From positions 849-64,848 of the forward strand of contig JABFRU010000035.1 of assembly GCA_013140985.1 (NCBI GenBank): a stretch of DNA of 64,000 nt. The letters are read 5' to 3'. Both the position numbers and the translations under genes were made by a program. This DNA is from Chitinophagaceae bacterium (GTDB taxonomy: Bacteria; Bacteroidota; Bacteroidia; Chitinophagales; Chitinophagaceae). Positions 27,746-36,669 of this stretch are shown here, piece by piece; position 1 is the first letter of the stretch, and each line of letters opens with the position of its first letter. Under the pieces are notes generated by a model. It saw only the letters and a program-made list of their open reading frames with translations, had not been told where the DNA came from and did not search any database.

Positions 27746-28393
27746 ATGTTAGATCAACTTTTCAATATTGTAAAGCAATTTGGGCAAGATTCGGTTGTCA
27801 ATAACCCTGAAGTTCCCAATGAGTATAACAAAGAAGTGATGGCCGATGCAACGGGTACAATCACAAGCGGGTTTCAAAATATCATCGCTGGCGGAGGCCT
27901 TCAAAATATTCTCGATCTTTTTAAAGGAGGCGGCAATAGCGGAGGCAATTCTGGAATTGGGGGCTTACTAAAAAATCCGATTGTAACAATGATGATCGGT
28001 TATTTCATCAGTAAGTTGGTAAGTAAATATAAAATGAGTCCTTCTGCTGCCAGCAATGTGGCCAATAAGCTAATCCCTAACTCGATTACTAATTTGATCC
28101 AGCAAACCAATGACCCAAATAATGAAAATGTGACGATGGACAGGTTGGTTAATTCATTGGTTGGAAAAGGCGAGCAGGCAGAGCAAAGTACCGGAAATGG
28201 AGGATCCCCGTTGCAGGATATTTTAGATCAGTTTACAGGAGGCGGGAATGACGGATCGGCTGGTGGAAGTGGATTCAATATTCAGGATCTTATTGGAAGC
28301 TTTACCAAAAAAGCCCAAAACAACTTGCAGGGCAAGCAAAAAGACGGGGGCGATGGATTAATGGATATGATCAAAGGCTTTTTCTCCAACTAA
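27746..28393 (+). CDS. Hypothetical Gly-rich protein with internal L.(N/D)ILD.F.GGGN repeats
   Basis: The ATG at 27746 gives MLDQLFNIVKQFG... The motif repeats (LQNILDLFKGGGNSGG / LQDILDQFTGGGNDGS / LMDMIKGFF). No signal peptide is evident and the family is not recognised with confidence. Confidence 0.6.
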   Translation: MLDQLFNIVKQFGQDSVVNNPEVPNEYNKEVMADATGTITSGFQNIIAGGGLQNILDLFKGGGNSGGNSGIGGLLKNPIVTMMIGYFISKLVSKYKMSPSAASNVANKLIPNSITNLIQQTNDPNNENVTMDRLVNSLVGKGEQAEQSTGNGGSPLQDILDQFTGGGNDGSAGGSGFNIQDLIGSFTKKAQNNLQGKQKDGGDGLMDMIKGFFSN

Positions 28394-28414
28394 TAAGGCC
28401 ATATATTTTTCAAA

Positions 28415-28449
28415 ATGCCACATGCTTAAGGCATTGTGGCATCTTTTTT
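28415..28449 (+). terminator. Intrinsic terminator after the Gly-rich protein gene
   Basis: atgccacatgc ttaag gcattgtggcat (stem with one bulge) followed by cttttttg. Confidence 0.65.
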
Positions 28450-28726
28450 GGCTATAGGTATCAGGATTTTAATAACCTATTATCTCGATAAGTTCTTTGT
28501 GTTTTTATTGTCAGTAATAAGTGATAGAATCGTATGGTTACAAAGCGTTATTGAGGATTTACCGCAGAAATGATAAGTGTAATTACGGATGGCGGGCTTT
28601 TAAACTTTCATTAACAGCGAACATCATACTACCGGCAGTAAATTTGCGTTAGTATATACAGACAACGATTATTTGAACTCATTATAAAGTCAGTCAATTT
28701 TCTCATAAGCAGTTAGTTTTGGTTGC

Positions 28727-28757
28727 GACCCCTGTTTCCACAGGGGTCTATTTTTTT
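28727..28757 (+). terminator. Orphan plus-strand intrinsic terminator overlapping the vanZ stop codon
   Basis: gacccctgt ttcc acaggggtc, a perfect 9-bp stem, followed by tattttttt on the plus strand. No plus-strand gene lies upstream of it. On the minus strand there is no U-tract. Confidence 0.5.
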
Positions 28758-29131
28758 ATATACCTTCTGAGGCAAAAACCAAGACCGATCATACATCCCG
28801 CAGCATCTGCCAGTATATCAATAATATCGAAGGAACGGTTGGGTATCAAATATCTCTGAACAAATTCCATCCCAATGCCATAGCCTATTGCGAGGATAGT
28901 GATAGCGATAAAATGTTTTGTAAGAAGTTTTTTCTCAATGGCTTTTTTTGTCACTCCCCGGCACCATAATATTACAAGCAGGGCAAATAATGCAATATGT
29001 ATCCATTTATCAGCCCAGATCTTATCCAGCCAGTTTTCTTCAGGAATGGCTGAACCCGGAAGGGTAAGCAAAAAAGTGGTGATGAAAAGCCATCCGATGG
29101 CAGGTGAGAAGCGGCTGATTGTTTTTGTCAA
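28748..29131 (-). CDS. VanZ-family membrane protein
   Basis: 127 aa with four hydrophobic helices. It shows the D...H and ..D(I/V)(L)AD..G pattern typical of VanZ-like proteins. Confidence 0.75.
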   Translation of the reverse strand: MTKTISRFSPAIGWLFITTFLLTLPGSAIPEENWLDKIWADKWIHIALFALLVILWCRGVTKKAIEKKLLTKHFIAITILAIGYGIGMEFVQRYLIPNRSFDIIDILADAAGCMIGLGFCLRRYIKK

Positions 29132-29173
29132 CGAAATTGTTTCTGCAATATTAATCCAAGAGAAAACAAAAAA

Positions 29174-29200
29174 GAAAGGAGCCCCGGACGAGGCCCCTTT
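29174..29200 (-). terminator. Possible terminator after the ECF sigma/anti-sigma operon
   Basis: The minus strand reads aaaggggcc tcgtcc ggggctccttt (imperfect stem) followed by cttttttgtttt. Confidence 0.4.
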
Positions 29201-29310
29201 GTTTTAACCAACTATAGAACCAAAACTACTATAGCAATAGCATTTGGTTCCAATTACGATGAATGGAAAAACTTAGATTTACTGTTTTAAAGATTGGACT
29301 TTTTGGGGTA

Positions 29311-30120
29311 TTAAAGCCCCGTTTTTCCAAAGGTTTGAACCTGTTTCAGGTCAGGACCACCGGTATTGCCCCTCTTTTCAATGGTAATAGCAAAGGCATC
29401 GGCTTTTTGGACTTTGGGCATTTTCAGAATGATCTTGTGGTCATCACTCATATCAAAAAGACCCATGCTATTGGGTTGCAGACTTCCATCCTGTCCGTTA
29501 ATGATTGACCAAAGTTGGTATTGTTTATCAGATGGAAGCTTTGGAAGATTTTTTACGACCATATATACATCAGTTGTAGTAGAATCCCAATAGATACTTG
29601 CAGATGCTTTGGCAGGAGTAGTGGGAGCAAGATTTACAACGGATACATTTGGGTCGGTGATCATCTTCACATATTCTTCCATTTGATCTACTTTCTTCTG
29701 CATGGATTCAACAGATTGACTCATCGATTCCATTGATTTATTCAGCTTCTTATTCTTGTCATAAAAAGTATAAGCAAAATAAGCGGCGCCTAATAAAAGG
29801 ATGACAGAAGCAGCGGCAGCATAGCGCAACATCCCCGATTTGCGGGATGTGCCGGAGTTTTGCATTGTAATTACTTTGGATTGCCCGGCAGGAGCATCCT
29901 GTTGGATCATTAACATCAATTTTTCTTTTACTGATACAGGAGGCACAACAGTATTCTCCATAGCCTGTTTTTCCAATGCCAATTCGAAACCTATCCGTGC
30001 CTGCAGCACTTCAGGATGCTGAGCACACATATGCTCAAACTCTCTTCTTTCTTCTACAGAAGCAAGTCCGAGCACATAGCTCTCGACAATTCCACTTGAT
30101 ATGTATTCCTGTACGTTCAC
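29311..30120 (-). CDS. Anti-sigma factor (RskA-like, single TM)
   Basis: 269 aa. The N-terminus MNVQEYISSGIVESYVLGLAS.EER.EFE.MC..HPEV is the zinc-finger-less RskA-type anti-sigma motif. It has a central TM helix (AAAASVILLLGAAYFAYTF) and starts 2 nt after the sigma gene stop. Confidence 0.85.
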   Translation of the reverse strand: MNVQEYISSGIVESYVLGLASVEERREFEHMCAQHPEVLQARIGFELALEKQAMENTVVPPVSVKEKLMLMIQQDAPAGQSKVITMQNSGTSRKSGMLRYAAAASVILLLGAAYFAYTFYDKNKKLNKSMESMSQSVESMQKKVDQMEEYVKMITDPNVSVVNLAPTTPAKASASIYWDSTTTDVYMVVKNLPKLPSDKQYQLWSIINGQDGSLQPNSMGLFDMSDDHKIILKMPKVQKADAFAITIEKRGNTGGPDLKQVQTFGKTGL

Positions 30121-30122
30121 TT

Positions 30123-30686
30123 TTAGTCTATCATTGTTCTTAATTGAATTAATGCGGTTCTTATTCTTGTTTTTACCGTGCCCAGCGGAATATTCAACGC
30201 TTTTGATATTTCCTCATGGGTAAATCCCTGAAAATAAGAGAGATCAATAAGCACCCTAAGCTCACCTTTTAATCTTGACAACACCTTTTTTAGTCCAACA
30301 TCATTGTACATAGGCACAGATGCCGACTTTTCTGCCATAGTATCTACGTTTTCAGTCAATGGTTGGTTTTTTTGAGAATCCCGGTATCCTTTAGATCTTA
30401 TCTCATCAATAGCAGCATTCCGGGCAATATTCAGCATCCAGGTAAACAGCCTTCCTTTAGATGGGTCGTAAGACTCTATCTTTCTCCAGATGTTCACAAA
30501 AACATTCTGCAAAACATCATTGGCTGTTTCTTTGTCTGTAATAATGGAAGTAACGACTCCATATAATGAACCCGAGTAGTTATCATATAAGTACCCGAAG
30601 GCCTGCTCACTACGTTGTTGTAGCAGGTTCACCAGCTCTTGCTCGCTGTATGTGGTTTTGGAGTTCAATCGTTGGTTAAGATACAA
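30123..30686 (-). CDS. ECF-type RNA polymerase sigma-70 factor
   Basis: 187 aa. Region 2 (LQNVFVNIWRK...TWMLNIARNAAID) and region 4 (EISKALNIPLGTVKTRIRTAL) are present. The only available start is TTG at 30686, so the start is uncertain. Confidence 0.88.
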   Translation of the reverse strand: MYLNQRLNSKTTYSEQELVNLLQQRSEQAFGYLYDNYSGSLYGVVTSIITDKETANDVLQNVFVNIWRKIESYDPSKGRLFTWMLNIARNAAIDEIRSKGYRDSQKNQPLTENVDTMAEKSASVPMYNDVGLKKVLSRLKGELRVLIDLSYFQGFTHEEISKALNIPLGTVKTRIRTALIQLRTMID

Positions 30687-30745
30687 CGATTCCTGAAAAA
30701 AATTGCATCTGAAATTGAATATACGGCAAACGGCTCATCGTGGAT

Positions 30746-31123
30746 TTAGCCAACAAGATTCTCATAAGCTGCAGCATCAAGAAGGGCTTCCACGTCACCT
30801 GGATTCGCAACTGCCATTTTAATCATCCAACCTGCGCCATAAGGATCATTGTTTACTGACTCAGGAGCTCCGGCCAGGGCAGGATTTAATTCAGTAATAG
30901 TCCCCTTTACAGGAAGAAAAAGATCTGAAACTGTTTTAACAGCTTCAACAGTTCCAAAAACAGCACCAGCTTCAAGCTCTTTACTAATTGTATCAACTTC
31001 TACATAAACAATGTCTCCAAGCTCCCGCTGAGCAAAATCGGTAATGCCAATCGTGGCAACATTTCCTTCAAGGCTTACCCATTCATGGTCTTTTGTATAG
31101 CGTAGATTTGACGGAATGTTCAT
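30746..31123 (-). CDS. gcvH: Glycine cleavage system H protein
   Basis: The ATG at 31123 gives [16 protein letters not shown]... It has the lipoyl-lysine motif VEAVKTVSD. The track start at 31129 is TTG. Confidence 0.95.
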   Translation of the reverse strand: MNIPSNLRYTKDHEWVSLEGNVATIGITDFAQRELGDIVYVEVDTISKELEAGAVFGTVEAVKTVSDLFLPVKGTITELNPALAGAPESVNNDPYGAGWMIKMAVANPGDVEALLDAAAYENLVG

Positions 31124-31142
31124 ATTCAATGATTTTAGGGCA

Positions 31143-31150
31143 CAAACCTA
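31143..31150 (-). promoter_or_regulatory. Candidate -7 box TAGGTTTG for gcvH
   Basis: TAnnTTTG on the minus strand, 19 nt upstream of the ATG at 31123. It is part of a 12-bp inverted repeat with the box at 31280. Confidence 0.4.
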
Positions 31151-31279
31151 AGGGAATTTGTTGATAATAAGGGTAAAGCAGCAATCATCACCATCACATT
31201 TCACCGGAAGATATATGCCGTTCATAGATGATTATTGGCTATTTGTCGGGAATAGCTTTTACAATTATGTGACACGGGG

Positions 31280-31287
31280 TATTTTTG
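31280..31287 (+). promoter_or_regulatory. Candidate -7 box TATTTTTG for the outer-membrane barrel gene
   Basis: TAnnTTTG, 27 nt upstream of the ATG at 31315. Confidence 0.4.
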
Positions 31288-31314
31288 TGCCCTAATCAAA
31301 AAATCAGTGTTGTT

Positions 31315-33783
31315 ATGAGAAAATTATTTGTGTTTTTAGCAAGCGGTTTCTTTTTATCGCTTAGTGTAAATGCCCAGAAAGTTTCGGGTGTTGTAAAAGA
31401 TGACCAGGGCAAGGGAGTTGATAAATCAACAGCTTCTTTATTGAGAGCCAAGGACTCTTCAGTTGTAAAATTGGCAGTAACAGATGCAGCCGGAAAATTC
31501 AGTTTCCAGGCAAATCCGGGTAGCTATCTGGTAAGCACATCCCATGTAGGTCACTCTACTGTTTATTCAAATGTTTTTGAGGTGTCCGGTTCAGGTGATG
31601 TAGATCTCGGTATAATTACAATTTCGAAAGCAGCTACGAATTTGGGAGCAGTAATTGTCACCAGTAAAAAGCCAATGGTAGAAGTAAAAGCCGATAAGAC
31701 AATACTGAATATTGAAGGCACTATCAATGCTACCGGTAACGATGCACTGGAATTGCTTCGCAAATCTCCCGGTGTGATGGTAGATAAAGATGATAACATC
31801 AGTCTTGCAGGAAAAAATGGAGTAAGAATATATATAGATGGAAAACCTTCGCCACTGGCAGGAGCTGATCTCGCCAATCAACTAAAGTCAATGCAATCGG
31901 CACAGATCGAAGCGATCGAAATTATTACCAATCCTTCTGCCAAGTATGATGCTGCCGGTAACGCCGGTATCATTAATATCCGGTTGAAGAAGAATAAGGC
32001 ATTTGGTACCAATGGTTCGGTAAATGCAGGATACAATATCGGTGTTTATCCAAAATATAACGGAGGTATCTCTTTTAATCATCGTAATAAAGGGTTGAAC
32101 ATTTTTGGTAACTATAATTACAATCATACCAAGCAGGATAATGAGTTTAATCTATACAGAAGCGTTCTGGATACTGTTTTCGACAATAAAACTTCAATGA
32201 TATTCAGAAATGAGAGTCATGGCTTTAAAACAGGATTGGATTATTTCATAGATAATAAGCATACTATCGGTGTGTTGATCAACGGCAATATGTCTGAGAT
32301 GAATTTTGATAATGACAGCCGTACTCCTATCAGCTATAAACCGACAGGTGTTGTTGACAGAATTCTTGTTGCCAATAATAGTAATAGCATGGAAAGAAAT
32401 AATGTGAATTTCAATCTTAACTATCGCTTTGCTGATACTTCCGGTCATGAGCTGAATATTGATGCTGATTATGGTTTGTTTCGTAATGATGGAAACCAGT
32501 TACAGCCTAATTACTATTACAATGCTGCCGGTAACGTATTGCTGAATTCTTTTTTCTATCGTTTTATTTCTCCCACCGATATTGATATTTATACGTTGAA
32601 AGCAGATTATGAGCAGAATTTCAAAAAAGGAAGATTGGGAATAGGAGCTAAAACATCAGTGATCAATACAGAGAATAATTTTCAGCGATTTAATGTTTCG
32701 CAATTGCATCCTGAACAAAAAACACTTGACCTCGCAAGAAGTAATCAATTTGATTACAAAGAAAATATCAATGCTTTATATGTGAATTATAACAAGCAAC
32801 TGAAAGGAATGATGTTCCAGGTGGGAGTGAGAATGGAGAACACTTCTTCTTCTGGTAAATCGTATGCGCTGAATGCCAATGGCACTGTCGATAAAACCAA
32901 TCCCCAGACATTCAAAAGAAACTATACCGATTTCTTTCCGAGTGCTGCGCTAACATTCAATAAAAACCCAATGAATCAGTGGGGACTTTCTTACAGCCGT
33001 CGTATAGACAGACCTGCTTACCAGGATTTGAATCCTTTTGAATTTAAACTGGATGAGTACACTTTCATGAAAGGAAATACTGAGCTTCGTCCGCAGTACA
33101 CTAACATCGTCACACTGACCAATACTTATAAATACAAACTGAATACATCACTTAGTTATAGTCATGTGGCAGATGTGTTTGCTCAATTGGTGGATACAAC
33201 TGACAAATCAAAAAGCTTTCTTACCCGTAAAAATTTAGCCACTCAAGATGTGATAGCATTGAACATCAGCTATCCGTTCATGTATAAAACATATATGTTG
33301 TTTGTAAACTTCAGCGGTAACTATTCAAAATATAAAGCTGATTTTGGTGGTGGTAGCAGAGTGGTAAATCTTGATGCAGCATCATTTAATATATACACTG
33401 CACAGTCGCTGAAGTTCGGGAGGAAAAAAGACTGGACAGCAGAAGTGAGCGGTTGGTATAATACACCTGCTATATGGCAGGGAGTGTTTAAGAGCAAGGC
33501 TATGTGGTCGGTGGATGGTGGTGTACAAAAAACGATCTTCAAAGGGCAGGGTACTTTCAAGGTTTCTGTGTCAGATATATTCTTCAGCATGAAGTGGAGT
33601 GGAGAGAGCAATTTTGCCGGTCAAGTGAGCAGGGCCAATGGTAATTTTGAAAGTCGCCAGCTTCGTACAAGTATTACCTGGAGATTCGGTAGCAGCTCAG
33701 TAAAAGCTGCCCGTCAACGTAATGATGCATCAGAAGAAGAAAAGAAAAGAACACAAAGCAGTGGTGGGCTCGGAGGAAACTAA
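31315..33783 (+). CDS. Outer-membrane beta-barrel / TonB-dependent-receptor-like protein with CarboxypepD_reg N-domain
   Basis: The ATG at 31315 gives MRKLFVFLASGFFLSLSVNAQ. This is followed by KVSGVVKDDQGKGV..AAGKFSF, a plug-like segment (ELLRKSPGVMVDKDDNISLAGKNGVRIYIDGKP) and a long barrel ending ..ITWRFG. The tail is charged. Confidence 0.85.
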   Translation: MRKLFVFLASGFFLSLSVNAQKVSGVVKDDQGKGVDKSTASLLRAKDSSVVKLAVTDAAGKFSFQANPGSYLVSTSHVGHSTVYSNVFEVSGSGDVDLGIITISKAATNLGAVIVTSKKPMVEVKADKTILNIEGTINATGNDALELLRKSPGVMVDKDDNISLAGKNGVRIYIDGKPSPLAGADLANQLKSMQSAQIEAIEIITNPSAKYDAAGNAGIINIRLKKNKAFGTNGSVNAGYNIGVYPKYNGGISFNHRNKGLNIFGNYNYNHTKQDNEFNLYRSVLDTVFDNKTSMIFRNESHGFKTGLDYFIDNKHTIGVLINGNMSEMNFDNDSRTPISYKPTGVVDRILVANNSNSMERNNVNFNLNYRFADTSGHELNIDADYGLFRNDGNQLQPNYYYNAAGNVLLNSFFYRFISPTDIDIYTLKADYEQNFKKGRLGIGAKTSVINTENNFQRFNVSQLHPEQKTLDLARSNQFDYKENINALYVNYNKQLKGMMFQVGVRMENTSSSGKSYALNANGTVDKTNPQTFKRNYTDFFPSAALTFNKNPMNQWGLSYSRRIDRPAYQDLNPFEFKLDEYTFMKGNTELRPQYTNIVTLTNTYKYKLNTSLSYSHVADVFAQLVDTTDKSKSFLTRKNLATQDVIALNISYPFMYKTYMLFVNFSGNYSKYKADFGGGSRVVNLDAASFNIYTAQSLKFGRKKDWTAEVSGWYNTPAIWQGVFKSKAMWSVDGGVQKTIFKGQGTFKVSVSDIFFSMKWSGESNFAGQVSRANGNFESRQLRTSITWRFGSSSVKAARQRNDASEEEKKRTQSSGGLGGN

Positions 33784-33800
33784 AAGCACATGAAATACAA

Positions 33801-33834
33801 AAAAGGGTGGCTGATGTAGCCGCCCTTTTCTTTT
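33801..33834. terminator. Bidirectional terminator between convergent genes
   Basis: aaaagggtggc tgatgta gccgccctttt (11-bp stem, one G:T), with T-runs available on both strands. Confidence 0.7.
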
Positions 33835-33836
33835 GA

Positions 33837-34571
33837 TCAAATCAAAGGATCATTATTGTGACCTGATTTATCTTTTGATTTTTTTCGCTTTATCAATTTC
33901 GCTTTGATTATTCTTACATCTTCCCGCGGCCTGTTCCTGACAGCACCGGCACCCGTTGGAACGACAGCAATTTTATCTACTACATCTAATCCGAAGATCA
34001 CTTCACCAAAAACAGTATAACCCTGATCAAGGTGAGGAGTACCCCCCAAATATTTATAAACTTCTCTTTGATCGGCTGGAATTTTTCTTTTCAGTCGAAA
34101 TGTTTCAACAGAATCCAACTCTGCATCGGTAAACTTTTTCCCCTGCACAATATAAAACTGGCTGCCGCTACTTGCTTTTTCAGGATTATCATCCTTTGCC
34201 GCAGCGATCACTCCTTTTTTATGAAAGAGGGTTGGACGAAACTCTGCAGGTATCCTGTAGGCTGGTCCCCCATTTCCTAATGCAACACCGGCAGCAGCAT
34301 TTTTGCTGTCAGGATCGCCACCCTGTATCATAAAATTTTTAATGACACGGTGAAACAGAACACTGTCATAAAAACCAACTTTCACCAGCTTCAAAAAATT
34401 ATCCTGGTGCAAAGGAGTAGAATCAGACAAGCGGACAATAATATCTCCCATGCTTGTTTGCAATAACACATCTTTTTTCCTGTCTTTTTTAGTAACGATG
34501 GAATCTTTTTGTGCAAAAGCTGATACACCGATAAATAAAGTGCAAAAAAGAAATAGTTTTTTCATGGTCAT
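33837..34571 (-). CDS. Cyclophilin-type peptidyl-prolyl cis-trans isomerase (secreted)
   Basis: 244 aa with a signal peptide. It contains FHRVIKNFMIQGGDP and ..SGSQFYIV... The ATG overlaps the upstream gene's stop (ATGA). Confidence 0.92.
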   Translation of the reverse strand: MTMKKLFLFCTLFIGVSAFAQKDSIVTKKDRKKDVLLQTSMGDIIVRLSDSTPLHQDNFLKLVKVGFYDSVLFHRVIKNFMIQGGDPDSKNAAAGVALGNGGPAYRIPAEFRPTLFHKKGVIAAAKDDNPEKASSGSQFYIVQGKKFTDAELDSVETFRLKRKIPADQREVYKYLGGTPHLDQGYTVFGEVIFGLDVVDKIAVVPTGAGAVRNRPREDVRIIKAKLIKRKKSKDKSGHNNDPLI

Positions 34572-34912
34572 AGATCGTTGTTTTCAAAATAAAGTAAAAT
34601 ATGGTCTTTCAAAAAATTCTCCTGTTCGATCGCATTCATATCCGGCATTTGCTTTAATTGTTTGAAATGCGGCCAGCCATCTTCATCTACTTTTTCCATT
34701 TCATAATAACCGCTATGCGAAAGCAATGAACAAACAGCAATATGCATCAGGTCCTGTTTTTGTTCTTTGGTAAATTTTTCTTTGATATCGCCAAACTCCT
34801 GTATGCCGATGAGGAATAAAATAGTTTCCATGTCGGGTTTTTTTCCAAACCGTTCTACCAGTTTAGCTTCCAGGTTCCACCAGCGCTGTTGCAGGTCGTC
34901 ATGCATGAACAT
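34568..34912 (-). CDS. Small conserved hypothetical protein (~114 aa)
   Basis: The ATG at 34912 gives MFMHDDLQQRWWNLEAKLVERFGKKPDMETILFLIGIQE... The upstream part of the track ORF overlaps serS and looks non-coding. The gene is translationally coupled to the PPIase gene. Confidence 0.6.
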   Translation of the reverse strand: MFMHDDLQQRWWNLEAKLVERFGKKPDMETILFLIGIQEFGDIKEKFTKEQKQDLMHIAVCSLLSHSGYYEMEKVDEDGWPHFKQLKQMPDMNAIEQENFLKDHILLYFENNDL

Positions 34913-35010
34913 TTCGCAAAGATAGCGAGTGGGGAATGGCAGTAGCAAGTAGGAATTGCGATTAATGCAGACTTTCACTCGCCACTTGCTACTCCCTACT
35001 GCTGTTTCAT

Positions 35011-35018
35011 TACCTTTG
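35011..35018 (+). promoter_or_regulatory. Candidate -7 box TACCTTTG for serS
   Basis: TAnnTTTG, 17 nt upstream of the serS ATG. The same 8-mer also occurs at 675..682 and 4151..4158. Confidence 0.4.
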
Positions 35019-35035
35019 GCGCAAAGAATAAAAAG

Positions 35036-36334
35036 ATGTTGCAATTGCAGGTATTAAGGCAGGATCCAAAGGCAGTAAAAGAAAAACTGGCGATCAAACA
35101 TTTTGCAGACACAGGACTGGTGGATGAGATCATTGCATTGGATGATGAAAGAAAAAGGCTACAACTTGAATCAGATACTACGCAATCAAAAATAAATGCT
35201 GCTTCAAAAGAGATCGGCCAGTTAATGGCTAAAGGAGAGAAAGATGCTGCTGAAGCAAAAAAACAGGAAGTGGCTGCGTTGAAAACCGCGTTGCAACCTA
35301 TTGCAGATAAATTAGCAGCAACAGAAAAGACACAAAATGAAAAACTAGTTCTGCTTCCCAACCTTCCTTCTTCCAAAGTTCCTGCTGGTAAAACACCTGC
35401 AGATAATATAATGGTAAAAGAAAGCGGAACAAAACCCACATTGCCGGCTGGTTCAGTTCCTCATTGGGACCTGATCAAAAAATATGATATCGTTGATTTT
35501 GAGACCGGCGCTAAAATAACGGGTAGTGGTTTTCCATTGTATAAAGGAAAAGGAGCCAAACTGCAACGGGCATTGATCCAGTACTTTTTGGATTACAATA
35601 CAGCTGCGGGCTACACGGAATATTTGCCACCATTCATGGTCAATGAAGCAACGGCCTATGGAACCGGCCAACTCCCGGATAAAGAAGGACAGATGTATCA
35701 TATGCAGGCGGATAATTTCTATATGATACCAACATCTGAAGTGCCGGTTACAAATATCTACCGGGATGAAATAGTAAAAGAAGATTCATTGCCCATCAAA
35801 ATGACAGCTTATTCACCTTGTTTCAGAAGGGAGGCCGGAAGTTTTGGAAAAGATGTGCGGGGATTGAACAGGGTACATCAATTTGAAAAAGTGGAGATCG
35901 TCCAGTTGGTACATCCTGAAAAAAGTTATGATGTGCTGGATGAAATGGTGAGTCATGTTGAAAAACTATTGAACACATTGGAATTACCCTTTCGTATTTT
36001 AAGATTATGCGGTGGCGATATGAGTTTTGCTTCTGCATTGACCTACGATTTTGAAGTGTATAGCGCAGCGCAGGAAAAATGGCTGGAAGTAAGTTCTGTT
36101 TCCAATTTTGAAACCTTCCAGACCAATCGGATGAAGATCCGTTTCAAAGATGCCAATGGCAAATCACAATTGGTGCATTCGCTGAATGGAAGTTCATTGG
36201 CGTTGCCCAGAATTGTCGCTTGTTTATTGGAGAACAATCAAACAGCCGATGGCATTAAATTGCCGGCAGTATTGCACAGTTATTTTGGGGCAGGATCGAT
36301 ATCATTGCCATCATTAAACTACGAGCTTTATTAA
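35036..36334 (+). CDS. serS: Serine--tRNA ligase
   Basis: 432 aa. It has an N-terminal coiled coil, the class II motifs (..CFRREAGS.GKD.RGL.RVHQF.KVE.., ..GSSLA.PR) and LRLCGGDMSFASA. Confidence 0.96.
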   Translation: MLQLQVLRQDPKAVKEKLAIKHFADTGLVDEIIALDDERKRLQLESDTTQSKINAASKEIGQLMAKGEKDAAEAKKQEVAALKTALQPIADKLAATEKTQNEKLVLLPNLPSSKVPAGKTPADNIMVKESGTKPTLPAGSVPHWDLIKKYDIVDFETGAKITGSGFPLYKGKGAKLQRALIQYFLDYNTAAGYTEYLPPFMVNEATAYGTGQLPDKEGQMYHMQADNFYMIPTSEVPVTNIYRDEIVKEDSLPIKMTAYSPCFRREAGSFGKDVRGLNRVHQFEKVEIVQLVHPEKSYDVLDEMVSHVEKLLNTLELPFRILRLCGGDMSFASALTYDFEVYSAAQEKWLEVSSVSNFETFQTNRMKIRFKDANGKSQLVHSLNGSSLALPRIVACLLENNQTADGIKLPAVLHSYFGAGSISLPSLNYELY

Positions 36335-36348
36335 TTGTCTTTATCAGT

Positions 36349-36669
36349 ATGAAAAAAATATTTTCAATCTTGGTAATGTTGACCGTGATTATCGCCTGCA
36401 ATAAAAAAGCAATGCCGGTTATTTCTGAACGAACAACCGATCCTCCCAAGCCTGAATCGCCGGTAGCTGATGTAAAACCGGATATTGTTATTGGACAAAG
36501 AGTGTTTACTAATCAATGCAGTAAATGTCATGACCTGCCCGACCCGGCTAAATATAATACAGAACGCTGGGATGGTATCTTAAGAACAATGATACCCCGT
36601 GCCGGTATCAGCAGGGTGAACGAGGTGCATGTGACGGCTTATGTAAAAGCCAATGCAAAGAGTAATTAA
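36349..36669 (+). CDS. Small lipoprotein with a single CxxCH haem-c motif
   Basis: 106 aa with lipobox VIIACNKK. It contains FTNQCSKCHD (CxxCH). It starts 14 nt after serS. Confidence 0.7.
   Translation: MKKIFSILVMLTVIIACNKKAMPVISERTTDPPKPESPVADVKPDIVIGQRVFTNQCSKCHDLPDPAKYNTERWDGILRTMIPRAGISRVNEVHVTAYVKANAKSN

Noticed and set aside
31135-31295. Invertible promoter (inverton) flanked by the 12-bp inverted repeats.
   Set aside because: The repeats are short compared with known Bacteroidota invertons. No site-specific recombinase gene is nearby. Inversion would leave a TAnnTTTG box facing each gene, so it would not switch expression.
34925-35004. Interleaved complementary segments (gcgagtg / agtagcaagt / cactcgc / acttgctact) with pseudoknot topology upstream of serS.
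   Set aside because: The segment lies between the two divergent candidate -7 boxes (34917..34924 minus strand, 35011..35018 plus strand). It is therefore probably not transcribed into either mRNA. The stems are 7-10 bp and could be chance. T-box leaders are not expected in this phylum.
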